Source of the DNA: Candidatus Aenigmatarchaeota archaeon
GTDB lineage: Archaea; Aenigmatarchaeota; Aenigmatarchaeia; JACPZZ01
Reading direction: 5' to 3'
DNA length: 64,000 nt
Assembly (NCBI GenBank): GCA_016202815.1
Contig: JACQNZ010000004.1
Coordinates: 57,522-121,521, forward strand
Below, in pieces: positions 19,868 to 29,172 of the stretch (positions are counted from its first letter, which is position 1; the number at the start of each line of letters is the position of its first letter). The notes beneath the pieces are model-generated. The model made no database searches and had not been told where the DNA came from. It saw only the letters and a program-made list of their open reading frames with translations. Made by a program: the position numbers and the translations under genes.

Positions 19868-21736
19868 TTGAGATTATACGAAGGCACTGTACAAGAGTTC
19901 AAGAAAGATGTGATTGAAAATCGAATAGCTGACATTCTTTCAGAAAACTATTTTATTCAAATTAAAAAAAGGGTAACCCCGTCGGAACAGCGGTCTTGGC
20001 AGGTCTCTCTTAGGGTACTAAAAGATACGCTTGACATATCTGGTTTATTACAAAATAAAATTGTTATCGAAAATAGGCTTCCGTACACAGAGAGGAGGAT
20101 AGATGTGCTTCTATTTGGAAAAGGATATGACGGAACTGATAGGATTGTGCTAATAGAACTGAAGCAATGGTCAAATGATAATGTTTTTGATGATAACATA
20201 GATGGAAATGTTGAAGTCTATTTCGGTAAGAACAAAATACATAGAGAACACCCTTCACTACAGGTACAAGGATATGTCATTGATTTGCAGGATTTCATGA
20301 AATTTTTTAGTGAGATTCCTAGGGTTAATTTAGAAGGGTGCTCTTATTGTCACAATTACAGCAAAAAAGATAACGCTATATTGTTCGCTGAAAGATTTTC
20401 TGAACCCCTGGAAAAATACCCGCTTTTTTCAAAGGAAGATGCTTATGAACTTGGAAACTATCTAAAAGAAAGACTTTCGATTGATCCGGGTTTCGAAGTG
20501 TTTAATAGATTTGATAATAGTGAGATATTTCCGTCTAAGAAACTGTTGGATCACATCGGGGATATGATCAATAAACAGCAAATGTTCAATTTGATCGACG
20601 ATCAAATAGCAGCCTATAATGTGATTATGGATAGAGCAAAAAAACAGGTAAAGCGAAAAGAGAAGTCTGTTATAATTGTAAAGGGGGGTCCAGGCACTGG
20701 AAAATCGGTGATAGCATTGGAAGTTATGGGCGAACTGCTTAGAAAAGGAAAAAAAGTTTTTCATGCCACGGGTTCATCGGCATTTACAAAGACCTTACGA
20801 GATTTGATAGGAAAAGAGAGAAAAAGTGCAGAGAACTTTTTTAAATTCTTTTATGCTTTTACCAAAGCACCAGCAGACGATATAGATGTGCTCATATGTG
20901 ATGAAGCACACAGAATCAGGAGTAATAGCAATGACTGGGGGGTGCCCAGCATGTACAAATCAAAAAATCCTCAAATTGATGATCTTATCAGACCTGCAAA
21001 ACTTTCCGTGTTTTTTATAGATGAATATCAGGTGGTCAGACCCAATGAGGTGGGCAGTATAGCATTGATTAAAGAGTCTGCCAAAAAACTTGGTGTTAAG
21101 GATTCGGAAATATTTGAATTCGAATTAAAAACACAGTTCAGATGTTCCGGCTCTGATACTTATCTGCAATGGTTGGAGAATACGCTCGGTATAAGGGAAT
21201 CTGAAAATGTAATTTTGAATACAGATCTGATGGAATTTAAAATATTCAATTCACCACAAGAATTTTATGACGCCATAAAGCAGAAAAATAAAGAAAAACC
21301 CAACTGCGCGAGAATAGTAGCTGGTTTTTGCTGGCCTTGGAGCAAACCGAATAAAGACGGCACGTTGGTGAATGATGTGGTTATCGATGGTTTTAGTATG
21401 CCGTGGGAAAAGAAAGATGAATTTTGGAAATGGGCCAGAGACTCGTCAGGAATGGAACAGGTGGGTACAGTTTATACATCGCAGGGGTTTGAGTTTGATT
21501 ACATAGGTGTAATATTCGGAAAAGATCTCGTTTATGATTCCACCAGCCAAAAATGGGAATGCAAACCAGAAAATTCGTACGATAATACTGCGAAAAGAGG
21601 AAATTCAAAGTTTACTGAACACCTTAAGAATGTTTACCGTGTTTTGATGTCAAGAGCACACAAAGGTTGTTATGTTTATTTCATGGACAAATCTACGGAA
21701 GAATTTTTCAAATCACGAATAGAAGGATCTAAATAG
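19868..21736 (+). CDS. PD-(D/E)xK nuclease fused to SF1-type ATPase/helicase (DUF2075-like)
   Basis: N-terminal RIDVLLF...IVLIELKQW nuclease-like motif; Walker A KGGPGTGKSV; Walker B/DEAH-like ICDEAHRI; C-terminal TVYTSQGFEFDYIGVIFG helicase motif. Confidence 0.65.
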   Translation: MRLYEGTVQEFKKDVIENRIADILSENYFIQIKKRVTPSEQRSWQVSLRVLKDTLDISGLLQNKIVIENRLPYTERRIDVLLFGKGYDGTDRIVLIELKQWSNDNVFDDNIDGNVEVYFGKNKIHREHPSLQVQGYVIDLQDFMKFFSEIPRVNLEGCSYCHNYSKKDNAILFAERFSEPLEKYPLFSKEDAYELGNYLKERLSIDPGFEVFNRFDNSEIFPSKKLLDHIGDMINKQQMFNLIDDQIAAYNVIMDRAKKQVKRKEKSVIIVKGGPGTGKSVIALEVMGELLRKGKKVFHATGSSAFTKTLRDLIGKERKSAENFFKFFYAFTKAPADDIDVLICDEAHRIRSNSNDWGVPSMYKSKNPQIDDLIRPAKLSVFFIDEYQVVRPNEVGSIALIKESAKKLGVKDSEIFEFELKTQFRCSGSDTYLQWLENTLGIRESENVILNTDLMEFKIFNSPQEFYDAIKQKNKEKPNCARIVAGFCWPWSKPNKDGTLVNDVVIDGFSMPWEKKDEFWKWARDSSGMEQVGTVYTSQGFEFDYIGVIFGKDLVYDSTSQKWECKPENSYDNTAKRGNSKFTEHLKNVYRVLMSRAHKGCYVYFMDKSTEEFFKSRIEGSK

Positions 21737-21791
21737 GAATATTATCGGAGTATACGGGGGTTATAATTCAGAGTATTGATTGAATAATCAA

Positions 21792-22163
21792 TCATCTTTT
21801 TTTATATCCAAAATATTTTTCATAGGTTCTATGGGAAATTGCATCAAGGACTATTGCCAGTATTTCGATCTCGTTTGTGTGTAAAGTGTATATCAACCGC
21901 CAGCCATCAAAAAGATCAACTTTCCAAAGATTGTTCACATCCGCCATTGTGATGTATCTTTTTGGTATGTATTTTTTGGGTATCTGAATCCCTGAAATGG
22001 GATCAATTTTGAGTTGGTCAATGGCCACCTTGATAGAGCTGAACAATTTTTGTTTTTCAGAATCGACTATGCCCCGTTTTGTTTCATTTTTGACCTCTTC
22101 GTGCAATTCATGTAATTCAGCAGCAACTTCTTTTCTGTTTCTCACCCTGATTCGTTTAATCAC
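21792..22163 (-). CDS. RelE/ParE-family toxin (putative)
   Basis: C-terminal LWKVDLFDGWRLIYTLHTNEIEILAIVLDAISHRTYEKY fits the RelE/ParE pattern. Confidence 0.5.
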   Translation of the reverse strand: MIKRIRVRNRKEVAAELHELHEEVKNETKRGIVDSEKQKLFSSIKVAIDQLKIDPISGIQIPKKYIPKRYITMADVNNLWKVDLFDGWRLIYTLHTNEIEILAIVLDAISHRTYEKYFGYKKR

Positions 22164-22435
22164 GTTTCAGTGCCTTCTCTGATTATTTTGTCAAGTTTAG
22201 GACTAGGGTTGTATGTCCAAATAACACCCTTATGACTATCAATGATCATACCATGATCCTCAAAGTAACTGAGAATTACATTCAATGTCTGATGCATGAT
22301 TTGAACCGGTAACTTTCGTTTGATTTCTTCTCTGCTTATAGCAACGTCAGAGTCCTTTAGAACTTTCTCTACCATACGGACAGTTCTTAGAGTCGGTGAG
22401 TGCAAAATCTCTTGAGTTTGAAGCTTGTTCTTCAT
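22160..22435 (-). CDS. Putative antitoxin
   Basis: 91 aa ORF immediately upstream of and overlapping the toxin by 4 nt; classic TA arrangement. Confidence 0.4.
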   Translation of the reverse strand: MKNKLQTQEILHSPTLRTVRMVEKVLKDSDVAISREEIKRKLPVQIMHQTLNVILSYFEDHGMIIDSHKGVIWTYNPSPKLDKIIREGTET

Positions 22436-22582
22436 AGTTATATCATTATACAGATATCTATATATAGTTATACATAGTAGTAATAATCGTTAAATGTGAC
22501 CTAAGTAGACGTTTTGGGTTTTATTTTCTGTGATTAAAGTCGCCTTGTTGTGATTTTAGTCGTTGTTTTCGGTTACTTTAAG

Positions 22583-22607
22583 CACAAGGCTCCCCCCCCC
22601 CGCGGCG
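22583..22607. repeat. Direct repeat copy 1: ACAAGGCT + C(10) + GCG
   Basis: Same 8 bp core plus poly-C and GCG recurs at 26676-26693. Confidence 0.6.
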
Positions 22608-22980
22608 TTGTAGAGGAAGTCTACTAAATTGACGTACATTAGATACGGAATGGGGACTTTAGGTACAAAACGCCGAAAATAGTTGTCTATTTATTTATCA
22701 AGCAATGAATGGTGATTATTGTCGTCTTAATCGACGGTTTGGCTCTGATCTTCCTGAAAAATAGGGGGATCTTAAATGAAATCGAGAACTTATTCGGGCG
22801 GATCAGAGCTTTGGCAGTTTTAAAAAACGTTGATTGACGTATTTTATTATTTAAATGTCTAAGGTCTAATTATAAAGCGAGATGATCATGGTAAACTGCC
22901 ATGCTATCACCTACAAATAGACTTTATAGGCTGTAATCAGCTTCGCTGGTCGCCTATAGGGGATGAGGCGCGTCGCGCAT

Positions 22981-23631
22981 TTATTTTTTATATTTTTTAA
23001 ATAATTCAATGAAACATTTCGGATCAGGACTTATGTTAATGGTTCTGAAATAATTAAAATTTCTAAGGGTTTCTGCATTTATTTTTCTATGGGATGCTGC
23101 AATGTAATCTGCGAATTTTAGAAGTTTTGTATGCTTTGCATTGCTAACGGAAAAATCAAAATTTCTATTGAAAGAATTACTTATTCTCCTACAACTGTCT
23201 AGCGCTTTGTTTATGTTCATCCAGCTTTCTTCACAAAATACTATATCGTATTTAAGTTCTTGTTTAGATTCTGGAAATGTCATTTGACGCAGTAAAGTGA
23301 AATAATAAATTGCTATTAATCTTTCTTTGAAAAAAGCCTCCTCACCATAATTTCTTTTATAATTAACCCAATCTTGTTGACTTATGGATATTGATCGCAT
23401 TCTAATCTTCCTTTCATCAAAAAATCTTATTATTCTTTCAAGATCTGTTGCGTCTAATTTTACTCCTTTCCATTTAGATCTTTCAAATTCTTTCAAATGT
23501 TCAGAAAATTCCTTTTCTATTTTAGTTATCGAATAAGTTGGTGAGGAAATAGAACCTATAAAGATTTTGTCATACGGTACTCCACTGATATCTATTGCGA
23601 TCTTAATTGGTACTTGTCCCATACAAATCAC
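22981..23631 (-). CDS. Hypothetical protein
   Basis: 216 aa, AT-rich, no motif recognised. Confidence 0.35.
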   Translation of the reverse strand: MICMGQVPIKIAIDISGVPYDKIFIGSISSPTYSITKIEKEFSEHLKEFERSKWKGVKLDATDLERIIRFFDERKIRMRSISISQQDWVNYKRNYGEEAFFKERLIAIYYFTLLRQMTFPESKQELKYDIVFCEESWMNINKALDSCRRISNSFNRNFDFSVSNAKHTKLLKFADYIAASHRKINAETLRNFNYFRTINISPDPKCFIELFKKYKK

Positions 23632-23714
23632 CTGTTTAGAGGGTTATATTAAAGCGGTGGTAGTTGTCTGAATTATCAACTATCTTTTAAATCAGTCAAC
23701 TTCGTTTATTTTTA

Positions 23715-24689
23715 CTAATCACTAATACTCATATTCAGATTTATACTATAATCTTGAGATTCTTTGATCAGTACGCAGATGTTGTGTGATAATATCTTGC
23801 ACAGTAGTTCATTCTCTTGTGCAGTTCTATTCTTTGATTTCAACGAATCTCCAAACTTAGCTTTAATCATAGAGAACGTGCTCTCGATGTTGCTTCTTCT
23901 ATGATAGTGAGCCATAAATTCCGGTTGCCTGAATTTGAAATAGTGATACATTTTATGCCAAATTGGCGAGCCTTTGCTCTTTCCTGTGGTGTTTACTTTA
24001 AACGGAATGAACGCTTCCACGCCCAACTTATCAACGATTTTGTAATTTTCTCTTGATAGATAGGCTTTGTCCGCCGAAACCTCTTCTACGTTGAAATCTT
24101 GTACGGTTTCTTCTACCAATGGACTGAATTGTTTAATATCCGCTCCGTTTTCATCTGTGATTCTAACAGCGGTTATCAAGTTTGTTTTTGTTCCACAGAT
24201 CGCATGACACTTCAGCCATTTATGTTTCCTTGATAATCCATGCTTTACGATGCAGTATTCCGTAAATCTCGTTGTTCTGAAGCCTGTTGAATCTACGGCG
24301 AACTGAGTTTCTAAATCCTTCAAAGGTAAAGCTGTGAGAGTTATCAATCTGTGGAGTATTGGTGTTATTGTTGGATTGTTCAAAACCTTAGAGGTAGCTG
24401 TGAAATGCGGTGATTTCTCGATTATTTCATCTTCTTCGGCATTATCGAACAGACCGTTAGCCCTTCGGCACGACATCATAGAGTAGACTTTCTTGATAGA
24501 ACAAAACAACAAATCTCTAAGAGGTAAGGTTGGTCTGCCGAATTTGTATTCCGGTTCTTCGACACCTTCGAGTAAGTCTTTCAGAAGAACGTCAAACTGG
24601 TTTAACTCCATACACTGTGCTCTATTGTAAGCTGGCCAGTTCTGGGTGCTTTGTTGTTTCCAGAGGTCTTGTAACGGATTGTTTTTCAT
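23715..24689 (-). CDS. IS4/IS5-family DDE transposase
   Basis: DDE_Tnp_1-like C-terminal block YHRRSNIESTFSMIKAKFGDSL...KNRTAQENELLCKILSHNICVL. Confidence 0.75.
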   Translation of the reverse strand: MKNNPLQDLWKQQSTQNWPAYNRAQCMELNQFDVLLKDLLEGVEEPEYKFGRPTLPLRDLLFCSIKKVYSMMSCRRANGLFDNAEEDEIIEKSPHFTATSKVLNNPTITPILHRLITLTALPLKDLETQFAVDSTGFRTTRFTEYCIVKHGLSRKHKWLKCHAICGTKTNLITAVRITDENGADIKQFSPLVEETVQDFNVEEVSADKAYLSRENYKIVDKLGVEAFIPFKVNTTGKSKGSPIWHKMYHYFKFRQPEFMAHYHRRSNIESTFSMIKAKFGDSLKSKNRTAQENELLCKILSHNICVLIKESQDYSINLNMSISD

Positions 24690-24746
24690 AGTGTTATTAG
24701 GTACCTATAAATATTTAAATAGATAGGTACCGAAAGATTATATGTT

Positions 24747-24914
24747 ATGAAGCTTCAAAAACAGCTTTCTCGCAAAGCCGGAAACGTTGTATATCCCAAG
24801 TGGGTCATTGTAATATCCCCTAAAGATATAGATAAACTGGGCTGGAAAGAAGGTGTTGAACTGGAATCAGAAACAACACAAAACAAGTTATTGTTGAAGC
24901 CTAAGAAAAATTAA
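24747..24914 (+). CDS. AbrB/SpoVT-like small DNA-binding protein (putative)
   Basis: 55 aa ORF below the track cutoff: MKLQKQLSRKAGNVVYPKWVIVISPKDIDKLGWKEGVELESE... resembles swapped-hairpin AbrB/MazE-type domain. Confidence 0.3.
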   Translation: MKLQKQLSRKAGNVVYPKWVIVISPKDIDKLGWKEGVELESETTQNKLLLKPKKN

Positions 24915-24932
24915 ATTTTCGTGCCCTTAAAA

Positions 24933-26120
24933 TTATTTACTGTTTGTTAATCTGTTTAACTCTTTTATCATTTCGGATATTGGAATTTTTTTATCGGCTC
25001 GCACTAGTTTTTCTATAAGTTCTATTTGAGTTTGGGTAAATCTGGGGCTAAGGTTTTTACGTAGATGATTTTCGAGTAACCATAAATCTTCAAACGATCT
25101 CTCATTACTCCAAGGTGCATTTCTTATGTATTTTTGTATCATCTTCTCTGTATAGGCTATTTCTATTGGGATTATGTAAATCTCGGGACACTTGCTCCTA
25201 AGGAAAGATTCTATGGTGTTTGGTGTAACCGAATAAACTTCACTCAGAATTTCGTCTTCTATTATTTTTTTGTATCTTTTCCTTGATGGTTCATTTTCGT
25301 GTCCTTCTTTAAACAGGCTGTAAACCGTTGTACCTACATGACTTACAACTTCTCCTGTTTGATGACCGCTTTCTAACCATCCTTGAAAATCTTTGTTCTT
25401 CAGGTCTATGAAATCCACGAGTTTTATGCTATTAGAACCTCCTCCTTGTCTCCAGTTTCTTATCCATCCATCACAAACCAAGCTCCATATAGGTAAGAGA
25501 CGGGAATTAATTATTTTTCTATCACCGGAAAATATCATGGGCACAGCTACACAGAATACGCGTTTGCCCGTCATCATCTTGAAGAACACTATTTTCTTAC
25601 ATATGGAATCGAACGCTGGATATTGTCCATAATGAACTCCGTAGAATAGTGCCAAATGATCAAATTTCTCGGATTTAGCTGCCGGTATTATTTGATTCTG
25701 TATGACGACATCTTCTAACTTGTAAGACACCTCGAGTATTATGTCTTTTTTAGAAAACCCTCTTTTCAGGATTTCGGCCAGTTCTATTTTTTCAACTACA
25801 TCGTACTCCGTTTCGTCTTTGAAGTATGGCAATATTATGAACTCTCCGTTCATTTTTATCTGCTCTTCAACGACACTCTTCAATATTTTCTTCGAGAATG
25901 TAAGATACGAACAATCGGGATAATTAATTACTCCCATATTCTCATTTATCTGATCATTGACTTTTTCGAACGGCTGATCTTGATTAGTTTTGTTGAAGAA
26001 AACTTGTCTTTCCACGAATTCTATTTGCATGTCGTCCAGATCGGATGTCTTGAACATCCTAAACGGAGCGCGTAAAACTTTTCCACTTTTAGTTTGTAAA
26101 TTATCTTCCATCTTTAACAT
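24933..26120 (-). CDS. Hypothetical protein, 395 aa, no recognisable family
   Basis: Long ORF last in a three-gene minus-strand operon. Confidence 0.4.
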   Translation of the reverse strand: MLKMEDNLQTKSGKVLRAPFRMFKTSDLDDMQIEFVERQVFFNKTNQDQPFEKVNDQINENMGVINYPDCSYLTFSKKILKSVVEEQIKMNGEFIILPYFKDETEYDVVEKIELAEILKRGFSKKDIILEVSYKLEDVVIQNQIIPAAKSEKFDHLALFYGVHYGQYPAFDSICKKIVFFKMMTGKRVFCVAVPMIFSGDRKIINSRLLPIWSLVCDGWIRNWRQGGGSNSIKLVDFIDLKNKDFQGWLESGHQTGEVVSHVGTTVYSLFKEGHENEPSRKRYKKIIEDEILSEVYSVTPNTIESFLRSKCPEIYIIPIEIAYTEKMIQKYIRNAPWSNERSFEDLWLLENHLRKNLSPRFTQTQIELIEKLVRADKKIPISEMIKELNRLTNSK

Positions 26121-26406
26121 CTTCCTCTCTCACTACGAAGGTGAAAAGTTTAAGGTAGTCTGACTGTTTCATCCTTTTCAACGATTCGGCGTATCTCTGA
26201 ACTGTAACACGGTGTATACCAAGCTTGTTCGCAAGAATTGTGTTATTATAACCTTTCGCTGAGAGTAAGAATAAATTTTTGAGCAATGCCATATTCAATG
26301 AATGTTCCCTGCAAATTCTATTGATTTCTTCCTCTTCTTTTAGTGAAGATAACAGTTTGCTCATACTACTAAGTGTAGCATCCTGATATTTAAATATATC
26401 GGTCAT
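26101..26406 (-). CDS. HTH transcriptional regulator
   Basis: ILANKLGIHRVTVQRYAESLKR helix-turn-helix segment; overlaps downstream gene by 20 nt. Confidence 0.45.
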   Translation of the reverse strand: MTDIFKYQDATLSSMSKLLSSLKEEEEINRICREHSLNMALLKNLFLLSAKGYNNTILANKLGIHRVTVQRYAESLKRMKQSDYLKLFTFVVREEDVKDGR

Positions 26407-26585
26407 GTTTCCTCGTCTTCTGGGTACAGGATATACACAATTTTTCCGATGTCTTCTTGCGGAAAATTAACTTTACCACTGGACTCGTTATTTTTCGAAA
26501 TTGTAACCGTTCTTATTTGGCCGAATTTTATCTGATCGAAAGAAAACGAACCCTTGAACTTTCCATTGATCTTAATTGATTTCAT
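26403..26585 (-). CDS. Small hypothetical protein
   Basis: 60 aa ORF overlapping the HTH gene start by 4 nt. Confidence 0.25.
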   Translation of the reverse strand: MKSIKINGKFKGSFSFDQIKFGQIRTVTISKNNESSGKVNFPQEDIGKIVYILYPEDEET

Positions 26586-26675
26586 ATAGCTAAAATTAGC
26601 TATTAATAGCTATAAAGCTTTTGTATTGACTTTAGCTACAAACAAGCCACTTTAGCTACAAAATCGACTTCTGCT

Positions 26676-26693
26676 ACAAGGCTCCCCCCCGCG
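26676..26693. repeat. Direct repeat copy 2: ACAAGGCT + C(7) + GCG
   Basis: Matches copy 1 in the same orientation, about 4.1 kb away. Confidence 0.6.
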
Positions 26694-27043
26694 ATAACTT
26701 TATATACAAGGTATGATATAGTAGGATATAGTGGTATAATGTCGTATACGCTAATGCAATTGCCTGACGGGGGCGGGACGCAATGCGTTGCGCGCAGGCC
26801 TGCCCCCGTTTTCATGCTCACTGCCAGCACAAGTGAGAAGCTGGTTTCTCGGCAAGTAGAATTTCTTTCTACGCCAGCCATGCCGTTTGGCCAGTTTGTA
26901 GTTGGGAACGGACGGCGTCCGTTCCAGTTTCAGGGAGGTGGACTTTATGTAAAATTGGCCGGAGAGTATAAACACGGAAATCCGTGGGAAAGCAGACAGG
27001 GTATGCTTTTATGCCGCGGGTTCCCGGAAACATGAAACACAGA

Positions 27044-27673
27044 TCACTTTTCGTCCCGCATTCTTACCGCATTTGATTTCGCTTTCTCGACGTCTATGCC
27101 GCAGGTTTCCAGCTTTTCCAGGGTATCTTTTTTGACCATTTCGTTAAACAGTTTTACCGCTTTGTCGAATCCACAATACCGGTCCGATGACACCATGTTG
27201 AAAGAATGCTCTATTTCGTCCCATGTTTTTATGTCCGCCTCGTTGTGCTGTATTAAAACTTCGATCCTGTCGAGCGCTTTGACAAATTTTGATTCCGTGG
27301 TCTGTGAACTTTCATATTCTTGCCAGAGGCCGTAGATTTCATCACCGGCATTATTTCCAAGCATTTTTTTGATATTTTCAATCGCTTTTCGCTCGTTCTT
27401 TATTTTTTCTTCTTTCCTGTTTTCCTCAAAGGCCGGAACATCCCCGGCTTCGGCTTCTACAATGTCGTGTATAATAACCATCTTTAGGACTTTTTCCATA
27501 TTGGTGGAATTTTTCAGGTAAGGCCCAAGAAGAATCGCCATTAAGGCCGTTCTCCAGGTGTGCTCGGCAACGCTTTCCTGTCTTCCGTCGGATAACCAGC
27601 TGTGCCGAAGTTCCGTTTTCAATTTTTCGGCAATGTGCAGGAATTGAAGTATTCTTGAGAATTCCTCTTCCAT
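27044..27673 (-). CDS. HD-domain phosphohydrolase (YfbR-like 5'-deoxynucleotidase family)
   Basis: VAEHTWRTALMA...IIHDIVEAEAGDVP HD motif. Confidence 0.65.
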   Translation of the reverse strand: MEEEFSRILQFLHIAEKLKTELRHSWLSDGRQESVAEHTWRTALMAILLGPYLKNSTNMEKVLKMVIIHDIVEAEAGDVPAFEENRKEEKIKNERKAIENIKKMLGNNAGDEIYGLWQEYESSQTTESKFVKALDRIEVLIQHNEADIKTWDEIEHSFNMVSSDRYCGFDKAVKLFNEMVKKDTLEKLETCGIDVEKAKSNAVRMRDEK

Positions 27674-27703
27674 ACTTTTTCATGAAAAGGCAGTATAATA
27701 AGC

Positions 27704-28567
27704 TTAGTTTCTTTTGGCTGATAATTTGTAGGATGCCAGCAATATTGTTATTGCGCCGGTAAGTTGGACGAAATTTAACGACTCCCCGAGCCATAAAAAC
27801 GAAAGTGCTCCGCCGGCTATCGGCGTTATTGATAAAAGCGAGGCGACTCTCCACGCCTGCGTTTTTTTGAGCGCCTCGAACCATAATGAAAGGCCGACAA
27901 CGTAAAACGTGATTACGCTGACCATTGTGAACAGCAGAGCGTTTGCGGGAATCGCCAGGTTTTTTACCAGAGCTGCTGATAGGATTAGAAGCACGATACC
28001 GCCGAAAAGGTTGCTATAGGCCGTTAAGATCAGCGGATCTGTTTTTTGCATCAGCCTTCTTGAAGGTATGTAGGAATAACCCAGGAATATCAATGACGAC
28101 AAAACTAACAGGTCGCCGGTTTGCGTTTCGTTAAACGACAGGACACCTGAGGTGGAGACCAAAACCGCGCCGATTATCGTTGCGGTTACGTAGAAAATTT
28201 CTTTCTGCTTTAATTTTTCGCGCAGCAGCAGATAACCGAAAAATATCACGAAGGCCGGTTCTAAACGAAGGATAACGAGCGAGTTTATCGACGTTGTCAT
28301 GCTCAACCCGTAAAGCAGCAGCAAAGTTCCGAAGACGTTGCGCGACAGGGTTATTTTCCAGAAATCCGCCTTTTTCCTCAATTTATTTATCGCATTCAAT
28401 TTTTTGCCTTTGATTTTAGCCATCACGAGAAGTATTACAGACGAAATCAACAGTGCGTAAGTTGCTATTAAAACGGGCTGCGCGAGTTTTGACGCCTGCG
28501 ATTGGAAAACTATCGAAACGCCGATCAGGATAGCGGAATAAACCGCCAGCCTTGCGCCTTCGTTCAT
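27704..28567 (-). CDS. EamA/DMT-family transporter
   Basis: About ten hydrophobic helices in two repeated halves. Confidence 0.6.
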   Translation of the reverse strand: MNEGARLAVYSAILIGVSIVFQSQASKLAQPVLIATYALLISSVILLVMAKIKGKKLNAINKLRKKADFWKITLSRNVFGTLLLLYGLSMTTSINSLVILRLEPAFVIFFGYLLLREKLKQKEIFYVTATIIGAVLVSTSGVLSFNETQTGDLLVLSSLIFLGYSYIPSRRLMQKTDPLILTAYSNLFGGIVLLILSAALVKNLAIPANALLFTMVSVITFYVVGLSLWFEALKKTQAWRVASLLSITPIAGGALSFLWLGESLNFVQLTGAITILLASYKLSAKRN

Positions 28568-29163
28568 GCACCGACACCCAGTTTTCTGAGCGCTTTGGCC
28601 GTTTGGTTTGCGGACACGAACCGTATTGTTTTTATCCCTACCGAGCGCGAACCCCTGACATAATGCGGGTTGTCGTCGATGAATATTATTTCGCCCGGTT
28701 TCGCGTGAATCTTCCTCAGCAAAAGGCGGAACATTTTTTTCCTAGGTTTTCGCGTTTTTGCTCTGTGCGAGTAGATCCCGAAATCGAACAGCCGGGAAAT
28801 CCGGTATTTTTTCTCGAGATATGCGACTATCTCGCGCACGCTGTTCGATAAAAAACCGACTTTGTAACCGTTTTTGCGAAGCCCGGCGACCAGGTTTTTT
28901 GTTTCTTTTTTTATGCCGTAATATCCGTTCAGCCTTTCTTCAAGGGTTTTCGGATCCGTAGTTACGCCGAATTTCCTGTCGAATTTTTTCCAGAAGGCGA
29001 GTTCTGTGTGGCGGCCCTCGAACATGTGGTCGAATTCGGCCACTACGAACTTTTTCACTTTCATCTTGTCCAGTGAGAACTTGCTGCTCAGATGTCCGAT
29101 CATCGGGTAGACGCCGTCAACTACGAGGACGCCACCAAGGTCAAAGACTATGATTTTTTTCAT
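28564..29163 (-). CDS. HAD-superfamily hydrolase
   Basis: Motif I FDLGGVL at N-terminus and IFIDDN motif near C-terminus. Confidence 0.65.
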   Translation of the reverse strand: MKKIIVFDLGGVLVVDGVYPMIGHLSSKFSLDKMKVKKFVVAEFDHMFEGRHTELAFWKKFDRKFGVTTDPKTLEERLNGYYGIKKETKNLVAGLRKNGYKVGFLSNSVREIVAYLEKKYRISRLFDFGIYSHRAKTRKPRKKMFRLLLRKIHAKPGEIIFIDDNPHYVRGSRSVGIKTIRFVSANQTAKALRKLGVGA

Positions 29164-29172
29164 CCTTCGTTT

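Noticed and set aside
26739-27035. ORF 26739-27035 as a protein-coding gene
   Set aside because: Gly/Arg-rich translation with no motif, sitting in a GC-rich hairpin-dense region; more likely non-coding.
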